A stretch of 63,955 bases of DNA, counting the filler, from a bacterium (lineage in GTDB: Bacteria > JBBIVP01), in the NCBI GenBank assembly GCA_037439705.1. It is 6 parts of 6 records of this genome, joined end to end, with 100 filler letters (N's around TTAATTAATTAA, not from the genome) between each part and the next. Parts side by side here need not be neighbours in the genome. Positions count along the whole stretch, not along the records: positions 25,203 to 37,495 come from JBBIVP010000048.1; positions 37,596 to 49,733 come from JBBIVP010000049.1; 4 more parts are not named here. One strand, 5' to 3'. The position numbers and the translations under genes were made by a program. Below the pieces are notes generated by a model, which saw nothing but the letters and a program-made list of their open reading frames with translations, searched no databases and had not been told where the DNA came from. Below are positions 31,338-39,610 of the stretch, piece after piece. Numbering within the stretch: the stretch's first letter is position 1; each line of letters begins with the position of its first letter.

Positions 31338-32169
31338 GTTTTCCATCGGAAATATAAATGTAGGCAGTGAATTTTTTTTTATTGCGGGTCCATGCGTTAT
31401 TGAGGGGGAAAAAGAAACGATAGATTTGGCGGAAAAACTTAAAAAAATTTTTGAATCCTTTAACATCAAATTCATTTTTAAAGCATCCTTTGACAAGGCA
31501 AACAGGACATCCATTTCTTCTTTCAGAGGTCCGGGTTTGAAAAGAGGACTTGAAATTTTAAAAATGGTAAAAGATGAATGCAAACTTCTTATTACCACTG
31601 ACATCCACACCCCCGAACAGGCTGAACCGGTGGCTGAAGTTGCCGATCTCATACAGATTCCTGCATTTTTATCAAGGCAGACAGATCTTATGATTTCTGC
31701 TGGAATGACAGGAAGGGCTGTAAACATAAAAAAGGGGCAGTTTATGTCTCCAGGAGAGATAATAAAGGCTGTTGAAAAGGTTTACTCCACAGGAAATACC
31801 AGAGTAATGGTAACCGAAAGGGGCACATTTTTTGGATACAATGACCTTGTAGTGGATTTCAGAAATATAATAAGAATTTCTAAGGAAGAGATACCTGTGG
31901 TTCTTGATACAACCCACATTCTTCAAAAGCCCGGGATAGGCGAGATATCCGGTGGTGAAAGGGAATTCTTTCATCCACTCTCGCTCGCAGGAATTGTGTG
32001 CGGAGTGAACGGCTTGTTTGCTGAGGTTCATCCAGAGCCTGAAATGGCTCTGAGCGACCCAAGGACTTCCGTTGATTTAAAAACCTTGAAAAGGCTTTTA
32101 AAGGATGTAAAATCATTGCTTAATGCATTCAGGGGGAAAAATGAGAAGTTATATAAAAGCAACAGGTAG
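31318..32169 (+). CDS. kdsA: KDO-8-phosphate synthase
   Basis: AGPCVIE, KASFDKANRTS, NIKKGQF, ERG. Confidence 0.95.
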   Translation: MRKRRNRFSIGNINVGSEFFFIAGPCVIEGEKETIDLAEKLKKIFESFNIKFIFKASFDKANRTSISSFRGPGLKRGLEILKMVKDECKLLITTDIHTPEQAEPVAEVADLIQIPAFLSRQTDLMISAGMTGRAVNIKKGQFMSPGEIIKAVEKVYSTGNTRVMVTERGTFFGYNDLVVDFRNIIRISKEEIPVVLDTTHILQKPGIGEISGGEREFFHPLSLAGIVCGVNGLFAEVHPEPEMALSDPRTSVDLKTLKRLLKDVKSLLNAFRGKNEKLYKSNR

Positions 32170-33130
32170 ATATCTTCCACCGAGGGTAATAAAGAATTCA
32201 GACCTTGAAAAATTGATGGACACGAGTGATGAGTGGATAAGGACAAGAACGGGAATAGAGGAAAGGAGATTTGTTGACGAAGGAATGGGAAACTATGAAA
32301 TGGCTTATTATGCATCTGTGGAGGCTTTAAAGAAAGCGAATATGAAACCTGATGAAATTGACCTCATTATTTTTGCCACATTAAGCCCAGATTACACCTT
32401 TCCAGGTTCAGGAGTTCTCCTTCAGGATAAATTGGGTCTTGAAACCACTCCAGCGCTTGATATAAGAAATCAGTGCAGTGGATTTATATATGGATTGTCC
32501 ATTGCAGACCAGTACATAAGGACAGGAACCTACAAAAATATCCTTCTTGTTGGCTCAGAAATCCATTCAACCGGACTTGACCTTTCAACAAGGGGCAGGG
32601 ATGTGGCTGTTCTTTTTGGTGATGGTGCCGGTACTGCAATAATAAGTGCTACGGATGATGATAGAGGGATTCTATCCACCCATCTTCATGCTCAGGGGAA
32701 ATATGCAAAAGAACTCTGGATCGAAGCGCCAGGCAGTATATACCATCCAAGAATAACCCACCAAATGATTGATGAAGGGAGGCACTATCCGAAGATGAAC
32801 GGAAAAACAGTCTTTAAACACGCCATTCAGAGAATGGTTGAAGCAATTTATGAAGCACTAAATGCCAACAATCTTACCATTTCAGACCTTGACCTATTAA
32901 TAACCCATCAGGCAAATCTGAGAATATCAAAGGCTGTTCAGGAATACCTGAATTTACCTGATGAAAAGGTTTATAACAACATAATGAAATACGGAAACAC
33001 AACAGCTGCCTCCATTCCAATTGCCCTTGATGAGGCAATAGAAAAGGGAATTCTAAAGGAGGGGATGCTCCTCTGTCTTACTGCCTTTGGCTCAGGTTTT
33101 ACATGGGGTTCTGCTCTTATAAGGTGGTAA
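32141..33130 (+). CDS. fabH: Beta-ketoacyl-ACP synthase III
   Basis: DTSDEWI, QCSGF, HQAN, GNT. Confidence 0.93.
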   Translation: MRSYIKATGRYLPPRVIKNSDLEKLMDTSDEWIRTRTGIEERRFVDEGMGNYEMAYYASVEALKKANMKPDEIDLIIFATLSPDYTFPGSGVLLQDKLGLETTPALDIRNQCSGFIYGLSIADQYIRTGTYKNILLVGSEIHSTGLDLSTRGRDVAVLFGDGAGTAIISATDDDRGILSTHLHAQGKYAKELWIEAPGSIYHPRITHQMIDEGRHYPKMNGKTVFKHAIQRMVEAIYEALNANNLTISDLDLLITHQANLRISKAVQEYLNLPDEKVYNNIMKYGNTTAASIPIALDEAIEKGILKEGMLLCLTAFGSGFTWGSALIRW

Positions 33131-33131
33131 A

Positions 33132-33614
33132 ATGAAAGAGATAAAAGGGATTCCAGTAAAATTTATTTTGAGGAGGATGAGAAAAGAAGATATTCCAATG
33201 GTTATTGAAATTGAAAAGATGTCTTTTACTAGTCCCTGGCCTGAATTTCATTTTTATGATGAGTTGCAAAATCCCCATTCATTCCCCTATGTGGTGGAAG
33301 GAAGGTTTATGGATGGAAGAACCAAAATAGTAGGTTATATATTTCTATGGGTTTTTGGAGAAGAAATAGAAATTGCCAACATAGCAGTTCATCCCGATTT
33401 CAGAAGAATGAAAATAGCAACCTCAATGCTTATGACAGTGGAAAACATTTACAGGGAAAAGGCAAAGAGAATTTTTCTTGAAGTAAGGGTTTCAAACAAG
33501 CCAGCCAGAAACCTTTACAAAAAGATGGGTTTTCAGGAAGCGGGGGTCAGAAAGGGGTATTATACAGACAATTTTGAAGACGCTATAATTATGATGAAAG
33601 AAATTGAAAGTTAA
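33132..33614 (+). CDS. rimI: Ribosomal protein alanine N-acetyltransferase
   Basis: NIAVHPDFRR, LEVRVSN, RKGYY...EDA. Confidence 0.9.
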   Translation: MKEIKGIPVKFILRRMRKEDIPMVIEIEKMSFTSPWPEFHFYDELQNPHSFPYVVEGRFMDGRTKIVGYIFLWVFGEEIEIANIAVHPDFRRMKIATSMLMTVENIYREKAKRIFLEVRVSNKPARNLYKKMGFQEAGVRKGYYTDNFEDAIIMMKEIES

Positions 33615-34356
33615 AAAGGAAAGGACAGGGAAGGTTCTTGAAAACATAAAACTAAAAGAAAAGATTTTTCTTTTAAAACTTGAAACAGAGGAAGAAATTT
33701 CTGCTAAACCCGGAGAGTTTGTGATGATAAAAACCTCTCCATCAGCAAGCGCCGATCCATTGCTGAAAAGACCATTTGCAGTTTTTGATTTAGAAAAAAG
33801 GGTTTTGTCGGTTTTATATAAAATCACGGGTAGAGGAACAGCCCTTATGTCAACTTTAAAAAAAGGAGATGCGGTCCAATTTTCAGGCCCTTTTGGGAAC
33901 TCCTTTCCATTACCACGGGACAGGGCTATTTTTGTGGCAGGTGGTAGTGGAATTGCATCATTAAATTTTCTTGGAAAAAAACTTTACAGGAAGAAAGAAA
34001 TAAATCTTTATTACGGTGTGAAAAGCGGTGATGAAGCGGTTCCACTTTCCTTTCTTTCTTTTAAACCATCTCAGTTTCTTTTAACCACCGAGGACGGTTC
34101 AGAAGGGAAAAAAGGAGTCATTACTGATTTTATAAAATTTGAAAAGGGGACATATTACCTGGCAGGTCCAACCAATATGATAAGGGAATTCTCAAAAAAG
34201 TTCAAAGTAGATGCCTTCGCCTCAATGGAAGAAAGAATGGCATGTGGAATTGGAGTATGTATGGGATGCGGAATTCTGATAAAGGAGAAGGGTTACAGAC
34301 GGGTGTGTGTGGATGGTCCTGTTTTTAAAATTTCGGAAATCCAGTGGGAAGACTGA
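33604..34356 (+). CDS. pyrK: Dihydroorotate dehydrogenase electron transfer subunit
   Basis: RPF, GPFGN, MACGIGVCMGC...VCVDGPVF. Confidence 0.9.
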   Translation: MKVKKERTGKVLENIKLKEKIFLLKLETEEEISAKPGEFVMIKTSPSASADPLLKRPFAVFDLEKRVLSVLYKITGRGTALMSTLKKGDAVQFSGPFGNSFPLPRDRAIFVAGGSGIASLNFLGKKLYRKKEINLYYGVKSGDEAVPLSFLSFKPSQFLLTTEDGSEGKKGVITDFIKFEKGTYYLAGPTNMIREFSKKFKVDAFASMEERMACGIGVCMGCGILIKEKGYRRVCVDGPVFKISEIQWED

Positions 34357-35252
34357 AAATTAAAATAGGTTCTATCACCTTTTCTCCACCTGTAATGCCT
34401 GCCTCCGGAACCTTCGGCTATGGAGATGAGGTCAAAGAATTTTTTGATTATAAAGACATAGGAGCGATTGTTACCAAAGGACTTTCATTAAAACCGAGAA
34501 AGGGAAACAGGATGCCAAGGATAATAGAAACTTCTTCAGGGATGATAAACGCAATAGGACTTGAGAACATAGGACTTGATCGGTTTATAAAGGAGAAAAT
34601 TCCCTTTTATAGAAAACTCAAAAAGCCTGTGATAGTGAACATATTTGGGGAATCAATTGATGAATTTCTTGAACTCTCGGAAAATTTTAATAGATTTAAA
34701 GAAATTTCCGGATTTGAAATCAATATATCCTGCCCGAATGTTGATAAAGGTGGAGTGGAATTTTCAAAAACCCCTGATGTCATAAGAGAACTTTTAAGAA
34801 GAATAAGAAAAATTACAAAAAAGTTTATAAGTGTAAAGCTCTCTCCAGATTCGGACTACATGCTCATCTCAAAAATTTGTGAGGAAGAAGGAGCGGATGC
34901 AATAACAGCTATAAATACCATAAGGGCAATGGAAATTGACATCTATAATAGAAGGTCAAAGATAAGTAGAATTTTTGGAGGACTTTCAGGTCCGGCAATA
35001 AAACCAATAGTTCTAAGAATTGTTTATGAGATATCAAAGAACATTTCCATTCCGGTTATTGGAGTTGGTGGAATTTCATCATGGGAAGATGCCATCCAGT
35101 TTTTTATTGCTGGAGCATCCGCAGTTCAGATTGGCACATGCTTTTTTGTGAATACTAACATTTTCAGAGATGTAAAAAATGGAATTGAAGGCTTTTTAGA
35201 AAAAAACAGAATTTCTCTTAAAAACCTTATTGGAAGTTTTAGGGAAAATTAA
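34344..35252 (+). CDS. pyrD: Dihydroorotate dehydrogenase family 1B
   Basis: ASGTFGYG, NAIGLEN, NISCPNV, GGLSGPAIKP. Confidence 0.93.
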   Translation: MGRLKIKIGSITFSPPVMPASGTFGYGDEVKEFFDYKDIGAIVTKGLSLKPRKGNRMPRIIETSSGMINAIGLENIGLDRFIKEKIPFYRKLKKPVIVNIFGESIDEFLELSENFNRFKEISGFEINISCPNVDKGGVEFSKTPDVIRELLRRIRKITKKFISVKLSPDSDYMLISKICEEEGADAITAINTIRAMEIDIYNRRSKISRIFGGLSGPAIKPIVLRIVYEISKNISIPVIGVGGISSWEDAIQFFIAGASAVQIGTCFFVNTNIFRDVKNGIEGFLEKNRISLKNLIGSFREN

Positions 35253-35411
35253 GATGATTAAAGGTGTGTTTGTGAGAAACTTATCCCTTGCTTCTTCATC
35301 TGCGAAGGAGGGGATAATAATAAAGGTTATGCCCGAACTTCCGTGGATATTGCCCGAATTATCACCGAATGAACTCAAATTCTTAACGAATTATTTCAAT
35401 TTCGGACATAT

Positions 35412-36029
35412 TTAGATTTTAGGTAAATAATTTTTTAAATATTGACTCCCAATTTCTTCTAATATAAATTTGGCTACATCATAGCTGGCAGTTTTGATTA
35501 CTTTTGAATTTTTCAATTTTCTGGGAATGAGAATTGTGATTTTCCACTCACTTGATATTTTCTCTATTTCTTTTGTTCCGATTGTTAAAGCATCCCTAAT
35601 TTGTTTTGTAACTAATTTCATTTCAGGATCAGCATAATAAATTCCTTTTTCACTTATAAAAAATAAAGTTGGTTCTTCCCAGCTAACTTTACCATTGCCA
35701 AGAACATTAATTAATCGAATATCTCCGCTGCCAACAAAATTACTTTTAAGAGAGAATTTAACCCCATCGATTTGAATATCATATCTTTGTTCTTTTAACA
35801 GCTTGCATTCAAAATTCAAGGAATTTAACAAAGCAGTAAAAAGAATTTCTAACACGCCACCGACAATAAATCTATTCTCCCAGTCTGCTGTATTGTATTC
35901 AACAATAAGTTTTTGAATTGCTTTTTTGAATTCTGAAACAATCGGCCTAAATTTTTCATTTTCAATTTTCTTTTTAATTTCTTTAAAAACAATTCTTGCT
36001 TTCTCAAATTTTTTTATTTCTTCCACCAT
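35412..36029 (-). CDS. Putative Type II restriction endonuclease (PD-(D/E)xK-like)
   Basis: Overlaps the MTase 3' end; G.VLE...YD...FSLKS pattern. Confidence 0.55.
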   Translation of the reverse strand: MVEEIKKFEKARIVFKEIKKKIENEKFRPIVSEFKKAIQKLIVEYNTADWENRFIVGGVLEILFTALLNSLNFECKLLKEQRYDIQIDGVKFSLKSNFVGSGDIRLINVLGNGKVSWEEPTLFFISEKGIYYADPEMKLVTKQIRDALTIGTKEIEKISSEWKITILIPRKLKNSKVIKTASYDVAKFILEEIGSQYLKNYLPKI

Positions 36030-36859
36030 GTTAATAATTTTTTATCTTGGACAAGTCCATTTTTATTTAAATAATAATCTAAAAGATGTTGAAAGACGAC
36101 TTTCCCATTAGGGTTTAAATCGCCCATTATGAAGTTTCTGTCTAACATATAAGAAACTACTCCGACCACTCCACTTCCGCATAAAGGGTCAAAAATTAAA
36201 TCATTTTTGTTCGAAAAATGCTCTAAAAGACATTGAAGAAGTTTGAAGGGAAGTCTGGTTGGATATTTTGGCATATTTACTTTATAATCGCGGATGAATT
36301 GTAGGGTAGTTAAATTAGATTCTCCATTTTGGCAGTGATGTGTAGAGCAACGATTATGAAATGTCCATTTTTCTCCTTTAGTTACCCAAAAAATTTCATA
36401 CACGTTATGAGAAGGTTTTTTCCGACAAACCGGGGCAAAATTATAAACCCAATATAGTTTCCCCCTTAGTTTTAATTCCTTAAATCGGTTAATTCTATCA
36501 TGAATAATAATGCTATTATTCCATCCCGAAAAAATTAAGGCTTGGCCATTTTCCTTTAAATTTCTATTTATGCATTCTAATAATTGTTGAATTTTCTGAT
36601 CATATTCAGGTACTTTCCATTCAACATAACCATCTACAACGTTTTCAACATTTCTATGATAATTCGTAGGTTTTCCATTAAATTCTATTCCGAAGGGAGG
36701 ATCAGCAATAATTAAATCTGCATTAACATTTTCCCAATCATTCATATCTTTTATGAGATATTTCTCTAGCAGTTTATTGATTATTGAGGACTCTTCCCTT
36801 AGCTTTGAGAAAGTAAATAAAGGAAGATTTTGATTTTTTATATTCTTAGGCTCAATCAT
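36014..36859 (-). CDS. Beta-class N4-C/N6-A DNA methyltransferase
   Basis: DPPF motif IV near N-terminus; YPT and FDPLCGSG motif I near C-terminus. Confidence 0.9.
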   Translation of the reverse strand: MIEPKNIKNQNLPLFTFSKLREESSIINKLLEKYLIKDMNDWENVNADLIIADPPFGIEFNGKPTNYHRNVENVVDGYVEWKVPEYDQKIQQLLECINRNLKENGQALIFSGWNNSIIIHDRINRFKELKLRGKLYWVYNFAPVCRKKPSHNVYEIFWVTKGEKWTFHNRCSTHHCQNGESNLTTLQFIRDYKVNMPKYPTRLPFKLLQCLLEHFSNKNDLIFDPLCGSGVVGVVSYMLDRNFIMGDLNPNGKVVFQHLLDYYLNKNGLVQDKKLLTWWKK

Positions 36860-36862
36860 ATT

Positions 36863-37015
36863 TTAACTCTCATTTATTTCTTCGGTTTTCTTGCAAATGA
36901 CTTTTGGGATGCTATCTTTGTTGTTAACTCGACCTTTGACCATGACGATTTTATTTTCTTGAAAAATTTGAGGTTTTTTTTCAATTACTCCCGGAAAAAC
37001 AACTACTTCAATCAT
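36863..37015 (-). pseudogene. dnaE: 3' remnant of DNA polymerase III alpha (OB-fold end)
   Basis: IEVVVFPGVIEKKPQIFQENKIVMVKGRV...PKVIC resembles the DnaE OB-fold C-terminus; upstream sequence is unrelated. Confidence 0.65.
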
Positions 37016-37495
37016 CTCTTGAACCCTTCTGTTCCCCCTCATGAGTATCCTTGTGCATTTCCTCAAGTCTTTTATCTCCTTCATCACTCATCTTCTTGGC
37101 CTCCGCCCTCCACTATTTTATCAATTTTTCTGCCCTCCATTCTAAATAAAGGCTGATACCTCCAGGGATAAGCCCGAGAATTGTAAAGAGAGTTGCGGAG
37201 CTAGAAGATAAAAACCACAGCTTAAGGTAATCGCACAACCTATGACAATTGCCAGCCACATAATTAAACTATGGCAGAAAAATCTTCAGAAGTCAAGAAT
37301 TTTTTTGTAGAAGATACACATTGTGACCAGGGGGAAGGGGGATAATAATTAGTGAAGGGTGAAGAGTGGAGAGTAAGAGAGTGATGTTGGAGAAAATTGG
37401 ATGAAAAGGGTTCTATTCTGGTGATAGAGAGTGCCTTGAAAGGAATAGGGCTTAAAGGTTTTAGTGATTTAAAGAAGATGTTAAGGAGGGAAGGT

Positions 37496-37595
37496 NNNNN
37501 NNNNNNNNNNNNNNNNNNNNNNNNNNNNNNNNNNNNNNNTTAATTAATTAANNNNNNNNNNNNNNNNNNNNNNNNNNNNNNNNNNNNNNNNNNNN
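37496..37595. other. Artificial contig spacer
   Basis: 44 N + TTAATTAATTAA + 44 N. Confidence 0.98.
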
Positions 37596-37744
37596 TAGAT
37601 CTGGAGAATGAATTGAAAGTTGCAGAAGAATTCTGGGACTTTCTCGGAGGGACAGGAGCTTATGAGGAGCTTCTAAATTGTTTTGAAAGGGTGGGAATAG
37701 AACTGAGACCAGAAATTGACAGATATTTCTCAAAATTTAAATAG
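37596..37744 (+). CDS. C-terminal fragment of a TdeIII-family Type II restriction endonuclease (not in ORF track)
   Basis: Hand translation DLENELKVAEEFWDFLGGTGAYEELLNCFERVGIELRPEIDRYFSKFK*. Confidence 0.7.
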
Positions 37745-37859
37745 ATTTTCATATTATTTGTTTTTGATGGGTTTCGCCCCCATGGCTTTCCTCAAAAATA
37801 ATTGAGACGAGGGGCGTTGTTGAAATTTGAAGAAAAAATAAGAAAATGTTCCTAATAAA

Positions 37860-39423
37860 ATGCGCCGACAATATTTATCATTACTTTATGGGATAGCATT
37901 AGGGTTGGGTATCTTCTTATTTTTCTACACCATAGTTAAAGGAGAAATACAAATATCCATTCTCGGGTTTAAAATTGTTTTCCATCGAGTCAGATATGTG
38001 ATCTGGTATCTAATAGGAATAGTTTTCTTTGCGCTAATAAAAAAGAAAAAATTAAAAGAAGGATATTCAAAGATTCTCCATGTTTTTTCTAAATCCTCGG
38101 CATTGAGGATTTTGATGTTGACATATTTCATTCTTTTCACATGGATTAAAATAGTTCAATATTTTTCTTTTAACATACACGCCTTTGATTTTTCTCTTTT
38201 TGATTATGTATTGTTTAATACTTCCAGAGGCAACTTCATGTATGATCCCTTTGATGAAGTTATGTATTTTAAAATTCATTTCACTCCCATTCTTTTATTT
38301 TTTGTTCCTTTTTACTGGATATGGGATACTCCGTTCCTCTTAATAATGCAGGCTATCATTTCCATATCAGGAGCTTATGCAATTTATAAATTAGCATGCT
38401 ACTTGACAAAAAACCAGGTCCTTTTTAGTTTCATTTACTTATCTTAATTATCCATTTCTTCTTAGATGCTTTTATTACGACTTTCATTTTGAGCTCCTTT
38501 TCCTTCCATTATTAACTTTTTTATTTTATTATGCTGAGAAAGAAAAAGAAGATATTGTAAAATACATCACAGTTCTTATATTAACTCTCATGGTGAAAGA
38601 AGATGTTGGTATTTATACCTCCTCCTTTGGAATATATCTCCTATTTAAGAAAAAGTGGAAACTGGGAATGTATACAATATGTTTGTCTCTTACCTGGTTC
38701 TTTATAGCCCTTACCACTTTATACTTATTAAACCATGGACCACCTCCTTATTTTTCCAGATGGATTTCTGCACCACATTCTTTCAAATCAATTTTTAATT
38801 TTTTCCTTGATTTTATCCATCGCATTTCACTTCTTCCACTTTTAAAACTTCTTGCATTTCTTCTCTTTTTACCTCTACTAAAGCCTTCTTACTTCATTCT
38901 TGCCATCGTTCCCTATTTAGTGAATGCTACAAGCAGTTTAGAGGCCCAACACAACTTGAAACTTTATTACTCCGCTCCTATTATCCCATTTTTATTTGGT
39001 GGAGTTATACATTCTTTCTTGAAACTCAAAAGACAGAAACATGTGGACATAAGTTTAATTGCGTTTTTCCTACTTTTACTGAATATAGGAAATCTACAGA
39101 GTTTCTCCATAAATGAACACCATCTCATAGGACATACACTTTTAAAACAGATTCCATCAGATACCGCAATACTCGCACAAGTAGATATTATTCCTCATTT
39201 GAAAAGGCAAAAAGCAATCGGGATAATAGGTATTCATTCAGACTCCTTGGTTCACATTTCAGGAGATAAACTTCAAGCAGAGTATATAATCTTTGATACA
39301 AAAGGCAATAAATGGCCTCTCTCAGAAAAAGAATTTGAAAAGGAATTAAGGAGATACATTACTCATCCTTCATATTTTCTTTGGCTTCAAACCGATGGAG
39401 ATTATATCTTTAAATTCAGGTAA
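37860..39423 (+). pseudogene. DUF2079 membrane protein (GT-C-like) with one frameshift near 38420-38445
   Basis: FDFSLF and HFTPIL in the first frame; YDFH and VKED in a second frame that is open from about 38440. Confidence 0.75.
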
Positions 39424-39610
39424 GTTTTCCAAAAATCCATCTCTTTGAGAAAAAATTTTTTTCCATTTTTAAATAAGGATTTTCACCCCCTTTATCCCAT
39501 CGTGGGCACACTCCCTCAAAAGGTTTGAACAAAAATAAAGATAGGAGAAGAAATTTCTGAAAACAAAAATTTTAAACAAGCCTTTTACAAAAAATTTTTA
39601 TTTCTTATTA

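Noticed and set aside
35255..35415. Hairpin TTATCCC...GGGATAA, TGCCCGAA direct repeats and a short ORF after pyrD
   Set aside because: Too short and irregular for a CRISPR array or RNA gene; probably a terminator-like hairpin plus gene debris at the island edge.
37350..37385. GAGTGAA-like 7-mer repeats; similar TGCATT repeats near 61690-61715
   Set aside because: Only a few degenerate copies and no associated gene that I can support.
35412..37744. One continuous defence island of MTase, nuclease and TdeIII
   Set aside because: The parts lie on different contigs separated by the artificial spacer, so adjacency is unsupported.
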